Of a stretch of DNA of 64,000 bases, positions 25,925 through 35,495 are shown piece after piece; position 1 is the first letter of the stretch, and each line of letters begins with the position of its first letter. The DNA is taken from the sequence record NC_014636.1; one strand, written 5' to 3'. The translations under genes were made by a program, and so were the position numbers. The notes under the pieces are model-generated. The model ran no database searches. It was given only the letters and a program-made list of their open reading frames with translations, and was not told the DNA's origin.

Positions 25925-26701
25925 TTAGATCTGACGAATCACCACATCGCGGAGACTAGCCTTCTTTTCCTGTAGCTCTTTGGCTTCTGCCGTCAGTTCG
26001 CGATAATGGTCTTTCAGCGGCTTCATTTGTTGTTCGATCTCTTCGATCTGTCGTTCGATTTCTCGCCGAGATTTCATTACTTCGCGAATCTTTTCTTGAT
26101 ACGGAACACCAAGACGAACTACTTCCTGTTCGATTAACTCGCGAACTCTATCCAGGACAGGCACAACCGGAGTAGCAATTACTTTAGGTTTACCTGTATT
26201 GTCTTTGTTGAAATTCTCTTGCAAAATAACTTTACATTCGGCAGGCCAGCCCTTCACACCGCGCATTGGACGCTTGGCATAATGTGGCATAGCGGGACTC
26301 CGTAACTCGATAATCCGCTGGTCTACATGAAGTTCAACGAACCCCAGCTTAACAATCGGAGCATCTTTCAGCCGATTGAACAACTCCGGGACATAGTTAT
26401 CGTTTGATTTGAACGTGATGCCAAATTTACCGGAAGCGAACATAACACTGGCAGTCTTGAAACTCGGAAGAAAGTCCATAACGGTGCCAAACAACGCTGT
26501 TTTCAGATGTCGTTCAAAACTGGCTTGGCGGAACATCCGTTTCAGGTTTTGTTCAACGATATACCACTCTTGACATTTAACCCGAGCGGTACCGGATTCG
26601 GTTTGACAGTTAACAAAGCACAACTGATTGATCACCGTGTTACACGCCGCTAGTGTGCGGTAATAGTGCTTGATGATCGTCTTCTCTGCACGTACACCCA
26701 T
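25925..26701 (-). CDS. Hypothetical protein with C-terminal coiled coil
   Basis: GAGG SD. Confidence 0.75.
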   Translation of the reverse strand: MGVRAEKTIIKHYYRTLAACNTVINQLCFVNCQTESGTARVKCQEWYIVEQNLKRMFRQASFERHLKTALFGTVMDFLPSFKTASVMFASGKFGITFKSNDNYVPELFNRLKDAPIVKLGFVELHVDQRIIELRSPAMPHYAKRPMRGVKGWPAECKVILQENFNKDNTGKPKVIATPVVPVLDRVRELIEQEVVRLGVPYQEKIREVMKSRREIERQIEEIEQQMKPLKDHYRELTAEAKELQEKKASLRDVVIRQI

Positions 26702-26702
26702 T

Positions 26703-27518
26703 TTATACCTCAGTCAGCTTGAGCAATGCTTTCAAGCTATTGATTTGTTCAGTTACACCACCGCATTCTTGTTCGATGGAAGCCCAGTAATTATCGCATT
26801 CCCGACTGGCATCCGCAAGTTGTTTTCGATAATATTCAACAGTTCTTTGCAGTTCCCGGAACTTTGTCATCTTCGCGTTATAATCAATGAAGCCAGGGAT
26901 CAGATTGTCCATGTCTTCCATAACAATAAGACGACGCGCTTGTTTCGGCTCCGGTTTACTGAGATCGTCGATTGCCTTCATGTCCAGATCACGTTTGGAC
27001 ATCAGCAAATGATTAGGATTGAAACTAACGCTTTTCTGGGTAGTCTCGTCATACGGAGAATTCGGTACCAGATTACCAGGCAACTCAACAATAGCACGAC
27101 TATTGTATTCCGACATACGATTCGGCCAGCTACCGATATTCGAGTTCCGGTTTTCGATGTGGAAATGACGTCCCAGACGACTACAAACTATGTGTGCCGG
27201 GCAAGTATCTTTGAAATAAATGCTCACGCAGGTAGCGTCAATATTGACAACCGAATAATCCAGGCCTCGACGATTTGAAATTTTCGGCCATGACGGCAGT
27301 TTGTCGGTACATTGATATCCGATATTGGTAATGCCTTTGAAAACGCCAAGTGCATAATCAAACATCGAGGTGAACTTGTAACCGATGTTATGGAACGGAT
27401 CTTGGAGAACCATATAGCGACTCGCGCCGACTTCATGACAGAACAGATGGCGATTCATACGAATTACCAGATTGTCAAACTTTACCTTTTTTACTTGTTC
27501 GCGTTTTGCACTTTTCAT
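26703..27518 (-). CDS. Hypothetical protein with C-terminal coiled coil
   Basis: Coupled ORF. Confidence 0.75.
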   Translation of the reverse strand: MKSAKREQVKKVKFDNLVIRMNRHLFCHEVGASRYMVLQDPFHNIGYKFTSMFDYALGVFKGITNIGYQCTDKLPSWPKISNRRGLDYSVVNIDATCVSIYFKDTCPAHIVCSRLGRHFHIENRNSNIGSWPNRMSEYNSRAIVELPGNLVPNSPYDETTQKSVSFNPNHLLMSKRDLDMKAIDDLSKPEPKQARRLIVMEDMDNLIPGFIDYNAKMTKFRELQRTVEYYRKQLADASRECDNYWASIEQECGGVTEQINSLKALLKLTEV

Positions 27519-27520
27519 GA

Positions 27521-27742
27521 TTATTCCATCCCTTTGATGTATTTCACGATATCAGATTTGTCGAAACTTTCGATGCCGACGCCGATTTCATCAAAAACAG
27601 TCCAGCAAGTTGCATCGAACTCTTGATTATGATAGTGAGAGATTTCATGGTAGTTATTGCTTTTTGTCACAACTACCATGTGATCCTCATTACCGTTTTT
27701 GAACGAAATAATGTGTTCGATTTGTTCGATGATTGTCAGCAT
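27521..27742 (-). CDS. Hypothetical early protein
   Basis: GAGG SD. Confidence 0.75.
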   Translation of the reverse strand: MLTIIEQIEHIISFKNGNEDHMVVVTKSNNYHEISHYHNQEFDATCWTVFDEIGVGIESFDKSDIVKYIKGME

Positions 27743-27770
27743 GATTTGTTCCTCATTAGAAAGTGAAGCC

Positions 27771-27799
27771 AGTATAGCAAACTGGCTCCTAGTGTCAAT
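27771..27799 (-). promoter_or_regulatory. Early promoter with inverted repeat
   Basis: ATTGAC-N17-TATACT; AGCCAGT/ACTGGCT arms. Confidence 0.8.
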
Positions 27800-28355
27800 A
27801 GTCTATCCAAACTTTTTTCATCGCACCGTCAATTTGTTTTAGACAGTAAGTGATATCATTCATTTGGCTATGTGGTACAACAAACGTGGCGAATGCACCA
27901 TCGCTGTTCATGTCAAAGACAACGTTACCATCAAACGTTCTTATGCCGATGTTATACGTTATCCTGTTGAGTCTACCGACGTATATCTGTTTAGAACGAA
28001 AAACGCTATGATCAATTATAGATGTAGAACGATTCATGAAATTAATGAATCTTTCGTGTTCGTCTCGTCCGTGAATCTGAAACAAAACTTTCTCATATCC
28101 ATCCAACACTTCAATGACGGTAGAGTATTCAGTTCCTCGACGATATATGCCGATGTTGTAAAATTTATCAACACCAACCCCACCACAAGCGATAACTTCC
28201 TTGTCACCGCTTTGTTCTAATTGATTATAGATTTGACTTGCATCTATTACTTCCGCGTTAACGGAAAACGATAGAAGACTAGCGATTATCCACGTTTTCG
28301 GCTTCTTCGCACTCTTCTGGAGTAACGGATTCATCGCACAATACCTCATCCTCAT
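27795..28355 (-). CDS. Putative exported protein
   Basis: Signal-peptide-like KKPKTWIIASLLSFSVNA; exact start uncertain. Confidence 0.65.
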   Translation of the reverse strand: MRMRYCAMNPLLQKSAKKPKTWIIASLLSFSVNAEVIDASQIYNQLEQSGDKEVIACGGVGVDKFYNIGIYRRGTEYSTVIEVLDGYEKVLFQIHGRDEHERFINFMNRSTSIIDHSVFRSKQIYVGRLNRITYNIGIRTFDGNVVFDMNSDGAFATFVVPHSQMNDITYCLKQIDGAMKKVWIDY

Positions 28356-28602
28356 AGGTACCTTCTTCGTGATTGCTGTCGTTAGAACCAGCGTTGCTAC
28401 TGTTCATCATGCTATTCATGATGATCATGGTAGTTGCTGCATTCATCGCGTGATTCGGAGTGACGCTCGGATGTGAGACAGTCACTGGACGCGATACGGT
28501 GATAGGCCGAGAAATTGTGACAGGACGAGCCATTACTACCGCAGCTTGTGCAGCACTCATACCAGCGATCAGAATCAGACCAGCAAAAGCAAACTTTTTC
28601 AT
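28279..28602 (-). CDS. Putative exported low-complexity protein
   Basis: MKKFAFAGLILIAGMSAAQA signal; (RP.TVS)n repeats; acidic tail. Confidence 0.75.
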   Translation of the reverse strand: MKKFAFAGLILIAGMSAAQAAVVMARPVTISRPITVSRPVTVSHPSVTPNHAMNAATTMIIMNSMMNSSNAGSNDSNHEEGTYEDEVLCDESVTPEECEEAENVDNR

Positions 28603-28652
28603 TTGAACCCCATTGATAATAGGCACAATGCCATAATTATGATGTCAACCAT
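28599..28652 (-). CDS. Possible 17-aa hydrophobic micro-ORF
   Basis: MVDIIIMALCLLSMGFK*; GGAG SD; ATGA overlap with next gene. Confidence 0.4.
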   Translation of the reverse strand: MVDIIIMALCLLSMGFK

Positions 28653-28697
28653 TGACTCCACTTTCTTAATCCTCTTTTGTTAGAAGTCTAAGAAAGT

Positions 28698-28711
28698 GGG
28701 GCCGAAGCCCC
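28698..28711 (-). terminator. Hairpin/terminator
   Basis: GGGGC-TTCG-GCCCC then ACTTTCTT. Confidence 0.65.
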
Positions 28712-28717
28712 AGCTTG

Positions 28718-28951
28718 TTATACTTTCCGAATTGCGTATTGATAACCCATCAATCTGATTTTATCCTCAACACGACAAGCTTTCTTGAAATCACCATCGA
28801 TTGTCAATGTAGCATTGTAACCGATAACATGTCCAACTGGAGAGCGAATCGCTACAACATCCATGATTTCGTTGCCAATCTTGATTTTGAAATCGGCAGT
28901 AATTTCGATGAAACGCTTAGACGGTACGCTTACAGTGAAAACATATTTCAT
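28718..28951 (-). CDS. Hypothetical protein
   Basis: Start moved to MKYVFT (AAGGAG SD). Confidence 0.75.
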   Translation of the reverse strand: MKYVFTVSVPSKRFIEITADFKIKIGNEIMDVVAIRSPVGHVIGYNATLTIDGDFKKACRVEDKIRLMGYQYAIRKV

Positions 28952-28979
28952 GACTCGCTCCTTCTGTGAAAGTGGAGTC

Positions 28980-29009
28980 ATTATGTCATGGTCAGTGATC
29001 AACGTCAAT
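28980..29009 (-). promoter_or_regulatory. Early promoter
   Basis: ATTGAC-N18-CATAAT. Confidence 0.6.
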
Positions 29010-29015
29010 CACTTT

Positions 29016-29564
29016 TTATTGAAAATCTGAAACTTTTGAATGTCCAGCACTATGAGCCATGTTATAAGCAGCATTCATTTGATTACAACGCTGAATGAAT
29101 GCGAATGGCTGACTATGCATCATGATTACACCGAGTTGGACACCGGATTCGAATCCAGCTTGAACTTTAGCCGCGTTATAGTTAGGATTTTCTTTGCCAC
29201 CAGCGATTGCTTGTGCTTTGAACCAGTTGTAAACAACGTGATTGCTATACCGGGTATCGGCACACTTGCTCAGAAGACCGAGACCATTTCCGAGGTCATG
29301 GGAGAAACTAGCGGCTTCTTGTTTCGCGATTTTCTCTTGCAGTTCTCGATCTCGCTGTTCCATTTCAGCGTTGATCTTTGATTCGTAGGCTTCTCGAACT
29401 TCGCGTTCCGCATCGTTTGCCGCGAGTTGTCGATCCGCCTCTTCCATCTTCTGGACTTCGTAATACTGAGTTTGCATCGCTTGCTTGTCATATCCATCAA
29501 ACAATGCAGTGGATGTGCAGCCAGAGAGCTGGAGAGCGATTGCACACATAATCAAACGTTTCAT
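29016..29564 (-). CDS. Putative lipoprotein
   Basis: Lipobox LSGC; coiled coil. Confidence 0.8.
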   Translation of the reverse strand: MKRLIMCAIALQLSGCTSTALFDGYDKQAMQTQYYEVQKMEEADRQLAANDAEREVREAYESKINAEMEQRDRELQEKIAKQEAASFSHDLGNGLGLLSKCADTRYSNHVVYNWFKAQAIAGGKENPNYNAAKVQAGFESGVQLGVIMMHSQPFAFIQRCNQMNAAYNMAHSAGHSKVSDFQ

Positions 29565-29941
29565 TTCAGTTCCTTAACACAGCCAACGAAGCGGATATAA
29601 TCCAGAGAATCAATTTCAACGCGCATGAATTTGTTTTCGATCTGAACATCACCAGTTTTACTCTCGATCTCCTGCTTGCTCATTTTGAAGAAGCTAGTCG
29701 GTTGAGAATGATCACCAAAAGGCGATACGCTGTAAGATGTTACCATGATTCCCTCATCATTGCTAGTCTTGGCATAAGAAATCATCATTCGATTTTCTTT
29801 GTCGATTTTGCTAACAACGTGACAGGTATTTACAAATGCATTAGCTTGGGAAGACAACGCAAGCAGAACAACAGGAATAAATTTCAGTTTCATTTTAATT
29901 CGCGGCCCACTAAGGATAGCTCTAAGAATGCCCCCATTCAC
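29561..29941 (-). CDS. Putative exported protein
   Basis: MKLKFIPVVLLALSSQANA signal; start may be 29893. Confidence 0.7.
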   Translation of the reverse strand: MNGGILRAILSGPRIKMKLKFIPVVLLALSSQANAFVNTCHVVSKIDKENRMMISYAKTSNDEGIMVTSYSVSPFGDHSQPTSFFKMSKQEIESKTGDVQIENKFMRVEIDSLDYIRFVGCVKELK

Positions 29942-30011
29942 CTAGCACAAACGTTTAATAAGTTAAAAGTTAGTGTAAGAAAAGAGCTATCGTTGGTGGG
30001 CCTCGCCTCAA

Positions 30012-30542
30012 TTACAGATAGCTGGCTGCGGTGCTAACACAATCCGCAATCATTTGTTCATTGCCCTTGATGTCTACATAGTAGCCACCTACCAGAGAAT
30101 CTTCGTCACCAACACCGAACATAACTTCGTTGGTATTGTATTTTTCGATAACGAGAGTTTTGGTACCCTTCGTTACGTTAGCTTGAATAGAAGATTCATC
30201 ATCGACGCCAGAAGCATCCGATTTGGCGATATCCGGAATCATGTTAGCCAGCTCAACAGCTTGACTTTTGTTAAGTGTATACATGATCGGAGAAAGTGCT
30301 TGGTTGCCTTCCAGCATGTAACCGAAGATCGCAACGGTATTACTGTTCTTGTTGATGCCGATACTCAGTTGCTCTGGACCAACTTCACCACTGAATTCGA
30401 TGTTACAAACTTCACCGGAGTTCTTTGCGGCGATCTTGGCTTGAACTTCATCCATGGTGTGCTGAGTGAAGTTTTCAACGACCGCGGCATTAGCAGTGCC
30501 AGCAATCAGACCAAGTGCGATGATAATAGATTTCAGTTTCAT
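30012..30542 (-). CDS. Putative exported protein
   Basis: MKLKSIIIALGLIAGTANA signal. Confidence 0.8.
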   Translation of the reverse strand: MKLKSIIIALGLIAGTANAAVVENFTQHTMDEVQAKIAAKNSGEVCNIEFSGEVGPEQLSIGINKNSNTVAIFGYMLEGNQALSPIMYTLNKSQAVELANMIPDIAKSDASGVDDESSIQANVTKGTKTLVIEKYNTNEVMFGVGDEDSLVGGYYVDIKGNEQMIADCVSTAASYL

Positions 30543-30567
30543 GATAATTCCTTAGTTTGTCTAACTT

Positions 30568-30867
30568 TTAACGTATGGTAAAATGTTCTTTGATAGAAGT
30601 CAACTGGTTTTTGAATTTAATAGCTTCTTCCATGGTATGGAAATGATTAACGACTTCCCATTTAAAAATGTCGTCGCAATCGTGTGTTTCATGAGAATAA
30701 ACACTCATTAACACCATCCAGCACGGTTCTCGAATTTCATCCCGAATAAAACTACCAGTTCGATAAGTTCGAGTACCATACGCAACCGCATACGCGCCTT
30801 TTGGAACTAAACCGTGAAATGTGCTATCTTTTACCTCATACCAGCTCCTGTTATTATAACACTTCAT
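30568..30867 (-). CDS. Hypothetical protein
   Basis: Coupled ORF. Confidence 0.7.
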   Translation of the reverse strand: MKCYNNRSWYEVKDSTFHGLVPKGAYAVAYGTRTYRTGSFIRDEIREPCWMVLMSVYSHETHDCDDIFKWEVVNHFHTMEEAIKFKNQLTSIKEHFTIR

Positions 30868-31331
30868 GACTGATCCTCAAATGTAAGAAGCGTGATTACT
30901 CGATCTTCCTGTCTAATGATGCGAACATCAGCAGGGGGATTCTTCACGTATTCCCTGATTTCGTTCTGTAGTTTCTCGGTGAACAAGCCATGGCGATTTG
31001 CCCATCTGATCTTCATCATATCAGAATCAGTTACTGGATACAAGCCATATTCTAGCTTTATTTGTTCTTCGTTGAACTTATAATTCCGAACTCGCTCCAT
31101 ATATCGAACCAAGAAGTGGTCAGACAGATTCAGACATCCTACGGTTCGCCATGTGTTATAACAGAAATTGTCGTGAATTCGACCGTTCATCCAATCACCC
31201 GGCAAAACAGTTCTTTCAACAGCATTCAATATGCGGTTTGCTTCGGCAATGCTGTCATTGATCAACTGGAGTTGTTGATTCATTTTCAGAACTTTTGACG
31301 GGCGTACTCTTCTAACTCTACGCCCATTCAT
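30864..31331 (-). CDS. Hypothetical protein
   Basis: LSDHFLVRYMERV motif. Confidence 0.7.
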   Translation of the reverse strand: MNGRRVRRVRPSKVLKMNQQLQLINDSIAEANRILNAVERTVLPGDWMNGRIHDNFCYNTWRTVGCLNLSDHFLVRYMERVRNYKFNEEQIKLEYGLYPVTDSDMMKIRWANRHGLFTEKLQNEIREYVKNPPADVRIIRQEDRVITLLTFEDQS

Positions 31332-31332
31332 A

Positions 31333-31917
31333 TCAGAACTTCCCTACACAGAAATCCATTGCTTCTTTCAGATCTTCGAAAACTTTAACCAGATTCGAGT
31401 TGATGCTGGTTTTGGCAGATTCGTCAATGTAACGAATGTGATGGATCGTATCCACTTCTTCGCAGTACCATTTCTTGCCTTCAATCACGCGAGTTTCGCG
31501 GCGCTGTTCAGTTTCGATCAGTTCACAAGCTCGGGGAAGTTCTCGGAACATACCACGATAACGGACAGCATAATGGATTTTGTTTGCTACTTTCAACACC
31601 CGAGATTCGAAATCATGCAGCAAACGCGATTGAATACGATTGGCATATTGTTGAGCTTCTTCTCTGGTAGTGAAAACAAAGTTAAGAGCAGTGACTTCCG
31701 ATTGTTTAACTTCCGATTCATCACCGATATTAAATTCGCAATAACTAACATTGAAATTATGATGTTCAACTGCGGCTTTCACAGTGAAATTGAATTTACC
31801 AACAGCAATAGGAGTGCATTCTCGAATGACACAAGTAATATCACTACCACGAGTTTCGCATTTAACGAGATAAACGGGTTTATCGTACTTGATTTGTGAT
31901 TTCAGTGTAATCAACAT
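31333..31917 (-). CDS. Hypothetical protein
   Basis: GAGG SD. Confidence 0.75.
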   Translation of the reverse strand: MLITLKSQIKYDKPVYLVKCETRGSDITCVIRECTPIAVGKFNFTVKAAVEHHNFNVSYCEFNIGDESEVKQSEVTALNFVFTTREEAQQYANRIQSRLLHDFESRVLKVANKIHYAVRYRGMFRELPRACELIETEQRRETRVIEGKKWYCEEVDTIHHIRYIDESAKTSINSNLVKVFEDLKEAMDFCVGKF

Positions 31918-31972
31918 AATAATTTCCTCTTATGATATCGACAATGTGCGCTCGAAAGCGCACATTAGCAAA

Positions 31973-32617
31973 TCACAGCAGGTCGAACACGCTAACCTTT
32001 TTCATTGCATATACCGGAACTTCGGTAACTTTGTGAGTCTTCATGATCTCACGGATGGTGTCTTCGGTAGCTTTCACCATCTTGCCATCACTCTCGATGT
32101 AGAACTCGGAAGCATCGAAACCAGAAGCTTGTGCGATCTTGGTTTCAATCTTGACCGGCTCCGGTTTAACTTCAACAACCGGACCCATTTTCATGTTCTT
32201 GACCGGGAATTCATAACCCATGTACGGGAAAGATGTTACAAACTGAACAGCGCCACCGGTAAACACATTGATATCAGGAACGAAACCGCGCATGGTGATG
32301 ATATTCATGTCCAGCACTTCGGTAATTTGGGTTTCTCCCAGATTGTTCAGTGAGTTTGCGATTGCGTAACCACACGCGACGGTGTTGTTGGCACGCTTGA
32401 TAGTCAGACGACGGAAGTTACCGGTGTCATCCATATACCACATTGCGTCGATTGCATAAGTCGGATATACTTTGCCCTTGGTACCAACGGTATAGCCTAC
32501 CGATTTGCCATGAGATTTGATTTTGCCGAACACACCCTTGTACTTACCAGAAGTTACCATTACCAGAGTGCCAACTTTGTGCTTGTGATTTACGTTTTGC
32601 ATTTTATATTCTCTCAT
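31973..32617 (-). CDS. Hypothetical protein with KOW-like N-terminus
   Basis: KVGTLVMVTSGKYKGVFGKI; start may be 32602. Confidence 0.75.
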   Translation of the reverse strand: MREYKMQNVNHKHKVGTLVMVTSGKYKGVFGKIKSHGKSVGYTVGTKGKVYPTYAIDAMWYMDDTGNFRRLTIKRANNTVACGYAIANSLNNLGETQITEVLDMNIITMRGFVPDINVFTGGAVQFVTSFPYMGYEFPVKNMKMGPVVEVKPEPVKIETKIAQASGFDASEFYIESDGKMVKATEDTIREIMKTHKVTEVPVYAMKKVSVFDLL

Positions 32618-32660
32618 TACAGTTTAAGTTTGAACTTTCGTTCGTCGTTTCGATGTGGAC

Positions 32661-32689
32661 ATTCTAACAGGTAGCGTTTTATTGTCAAC
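32661..32689 (-). promoter_or_regulatory. Early promoter
   Basis: GTTGAC-N17-TAGAAT. Confidence 0.8.
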
Positions 32690-32734
32690 TACTTTTTTCG
32701 ACAATGGGCACTATTTCTAGAGCCCATTAGCAAA

Positions 32735-33139
32735 TCAGGCAGAGATAAAATCGGTGATCACACGCGGGTTAGAGATATGACCACTCAGACGCCAGATGGA
32801 AACTCGATCAGTCGGGTTTTCGATCTTGTGCTTGCGAGCTGCTTCCATAGCGGCAGCATTGGTAGCTGGGCTCATGAAATTTTCTTTGCCATCGGTAGTC
32901 ACGATCTGGACGATTGTATCGATCTTGGTTTTCATGCTACCAGCTTCCTTTTTCGCGACTTCATCGCTAACAGCTTCGAGGCTATTCAGAGACAGATAGG
33001 TAGTTTTACCATCAATATCAAGTCGAGCACTGCGAATACCGTCGCGCCAGTCCCAACTGGTCATCTTAACAACACGACCGAAATGCTTGGAGCGTTCGGT
33101 AGTAACACGGACATAACCACGATAAGATTCTTTAACCAT
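32735..33139 (-). CDS. Hypothetical protein
   Basis: ORF in run. Confidence 0.75.
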   Translation of the reverse strand: MVKESYRGYVRVTTERSKHFGRVVKMTSWDWRDGIRSARLDIDGKTTYLSLNSLEAVSDEVAKKEAGSMKTKIDTIVQIVTTDGKENFMSPATNAAAMEAARKHKIENPTDRVSIWRLSGHISNPRVITDFISA

Positions 33140-33144
33140 TTTTA

Positions 33145-33714
33145 TTACCCTTTGAAATTGAAAGTCTTTTCATCTACCCGAGCGATTGTGTCGAGTTCGA
33201 TGCAGTGTTTTGAGTACGGGTCTAGCTTATCAGCTTTCACCAGGATGTCAACGATTTTATCAAACTTTTCTTTTGCTGCCCAATCGTCATTAGCAACAAT
33301 AGTAAACTCGGCACGTTCCAAGCAGATCTCGCCGATGGCGAAAGCTTTGGTCACTTGATACGCATAGTTATCAAACGAAAGGTGACTCTTTACTGAACAG
33401 TATTGGATGATCTCTTCCAGAGACTCGCGAACGGCGAACATTGGGAACATGGTACGGAATCGATATACCCACTTGTCCTTAACAATTCTTGCTCCGCAAT
33501 AAGCTTGCAGATCGATGAACAAGTTTTCCTTAGAACTCATGAACATCGGCAAGTTTTCTTTGTGATTCCAACCACAGTGATTGTGACCAAACAAACCAGC
33601 ATTCTGGCAGTTGCAACGCTCCAGATCGTCTTGTTCGTCAGCTCGGCCAACGAATTTCAGATACATTTCAGGAGTGATTTCGGTTTTAGCTCGCATGAGT
33701 GATATCCCATACAC
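33145..33714 (-). CDS. Hypothetical protein with DDLERCNC...GH..CGW motif
   Basis: Putative metal-binding motif; start approximate. Confidence 0.75.
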   Translation of the reverse strand: MYGISLMRAKTEITPEMYLKFVGRADEQDDLERCNCQNAGLFGHNHCGWNHKENLPMFMSSKENLFIDLQAYCGARIVKDKWVYRFRTMFPMFAVRESLEEIIQYCSVKSHLSFDNYAYQVTKAFAIGEICLERAEFTIVANDDWAAKEKFDKIVDILVKADKLDPYSKHCIELDTIARVDEKTFNFKG

Positions 33715-33862
33715 CTAACATGAAAATAATCAAAAGTCCCAACACACCATAAAATCCTGTTTTGAACATGTCATGGACACCGGACTTTTTATCTGTCATC
33801 TGCCACAAAATTCGGCAGATAACGATGATTGACCAACCAAGCAAGATGAAATATTTGATCAT
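33686..33862 (-). CDS. Small two-TM membrane protein
   Basis: Start moved to MIKYFILL. Confidence 0.65.
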   Translation of the reverse strand: MIKYFILLGWSIIVICRILWQMTDKKSGVHDMFKTGFYGVLGLLIIFMLGVWDITHAS

Positions 33863-33863
33863 C

Positions 33864-34127
33864 TTAGATATCCTGCAACAGAACGATTTCGCGATCTTTC
33901 GGATTAGCTTCGATGTCAAAGAAAGACATCACACCATCTTTGCGAACGGTGATATAACCCAAATGGCGATCACACTGTTCAATGGTGTATCCTTGTTGTT
34001 CGAGGAACATGATCGCTTCGCTGCTTGCGTGAGTACGACCGCAACCGGTCCAGTCGATCACAGCGGCCAGAGCGCCTTCGTTAGTAGAAACAAACAGATT
34101 GTTACGGATATTATGCGGGTTAAACAT
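33864..34127 (-). CDS. Hypothetical early protein
   Basis: GAGG SD. Confidence 0.75.
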   Translation of the reverse strand: MFNPHNIRNNLFVSTNEGALAAVIDWTGCGRTHASSEAIMFLEQQGYTIEQCDRHLGYITVRKDGVMSFFDIEANPKDREIVLLQDI

Positions 34128-34162
34128 GATTATTTCCTCAGTTCGTTGTCTTGATGTGGCTC

Positions 34163-34191
34163 ATTCTACATGGAAGAGCCACATCGTCAAG
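34163..34191 (-). promoter_or_regulatory. Early promoter with 10-bp inverted repeat
   Basis: CTTGAC-N17-TAGAAT; GATGTGGCTC/GAGCCACATC arms. Confidence 0.8.
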
Positions 34192-34193
34192 CT

Positions 34194-34520
34194 TTATTTT
34201 ACTTCGAAAACCCAATAACGGCAGGTTTTTGTTCCATGCTTGTATCGCTGGAATCCGATACCATGTTTCTCCATCATGTGCTCGATGTTTTCGGCACTCT
34301 GCTTGAAGACAAGACGAACACCACGCTCCCAAGTCTCGATCCAACGATTCTTACTTAGCTCGTTGTTCTTATCATCCTTGCGATTATACATCGAGAGGAA
34401 TTTGTTGAACTGATGATTCTCCCGAAGCATGTCCACGATGTCGTTAGTTGTGAATCGAGCACCAGGACAAGCCTGAATTCCCGGGATTGCATGTTCTATT
34501 ACCGCGTTGCGAATGCTCAT
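34194..34520 (-). CDS. Hypothetical protein
   Basis: Coupled ORF. Confidence 0.7.
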   Translation of the reverse strand: MSIRNAVIEHAIPGIQACPGARFTTNDIVDMLRENHQFNKFLSMYNRKDDKNNELSKNRWIETWERGVRLVFKQSAENIEHMMEKHGIGFQRYKHGTKTCRYWVFEVK

Positions 34521-34996
34521 TTTTGCTCTACCAGAAGCTTAATATGTTTAGGAACGATGATATGAACAACATTATCCTTGATATCGGACGGAATGTCAAT
34601 GCGCATAATGCTATTCAATTTCTTCGCCGGTTTTTGTTCAAGAACGTCCAGATTTTGTACCGGTTCCCGTGCAATTTCAGTCCAAGTTCCACGCTTATCC
34701 GATACAACTTTGTATCCCAGTTTCGTCATGAGTGCAACCGCTCGGGTATCCGATGTTTTCATCAGATCACGAACAATACTCCTCCAGCGAGGTCGAGAAT
34801 CTAAACCACCAGTCGGAACTCCCAGATAATCTCGATATCGATCAACAAGTTCTATAAAATTCTTGTTGCCCAACATGTGATCTCCAACGATAGTTGGAGT
34901 TATGTCCTTTGCACCGAGTAATGCGCGGATGCTAGATTTCGCGTATTCTTTAACGCGGAGACGAATGTTGTCTGGAATGTCAGGATGTTTACTCAT
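34517..34996 (-). CDS. Hypothetical protein
   Basis: GGGG SD. Confidence 0.7.
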   Translation of the reverse strand: MSKHPDIPDNIRLRVKEYAKSSIRALLGAKDITPTIVGDHMLGNKNFIELVDRYRDYLGVPTGGLDSRPRWRSIVRDLMKTSDTRAVALMTKLGYKVVSDKRGTWTEIAREPVQNLDVLEQKPAKKLNSIMRIDIPSDIKDNVVHIIVPKHIKLLVEQK

Positions 34997-34999
34997 TGT

Positions 35000-35146
35000 T
35001 TACCCCTTTAGGTTTTTGAATACGGATAATGTGATGTCCGCAAAAGTCGTAATAATAGAAAACAACAGTCCGATTACCACTACCGCGATACCGAGCAACG
35101 TAAACGCAACGGCAGTCCAGTTGATACTCATGAAGAAATCAAGCAT
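35000..35146 (-). CDS. Small single-TM protein (48 aa)
   Basis: Manual: MLDFFMSINWTAVAFTLLGIAVVVIGLLFSII... Confidence 0.65.
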   Translation of the reverse strand: MLDFFMSINWTAVAFTLLGIAVVVIGLLFSIITTFADITLSVFKNLKG

Positions 35147-35495
35147 TCAGATGTTCCTTCAACGCTTTCAGTTGTGCAGCATTCAGATTACGGACTGCGG
35201 ATTGTGCGATTCGCAGATCTTGAGCTTGTTGATTCTTCTCTTTGTTGATAGTGACGCGAGTCGAATAGCTATTGTGTTTGATTTCGAGTCCACCCGCATC
35301 AACGTAGAACTTTCCAACTTCAACAGGAGTAATCTCTTTGAAGTCATATCCGTAATACGGATTTTTCCCCTCGGACAACATATGAGTTACGATCTTAGGA
35401 ATCTCACCCTTGTAATATCCGAGAAGTCGAACGGAGCGACCTTCGCAATCACCTTCGGTTGTTACTGCATACAGCTTTTCCATGATACACCTCAC
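35139..35495 (-). CDS. Hypothetical protein
   Basis: YAVTTEGDCEGRS...LGYY motif. Confidence 0.75.
   Translation of the reverse strand: MRCIMEKLYAVTTEGDCEGRSVRLLGYYKGEIPKIVTHMLSEGKNPYYGYDFKEITPVEVGKFYVDAGGLEIKHNSYSTRVTINKEKNQQAQDLRIAQSAVRNLNAAQLKALKEHLNA

Noticed and set aside
28621-28650. GTTGAC at 28645-28650 as an early promoter
   Set aside because: No correctly spaced -10; better explained as part of the micro-ORF.
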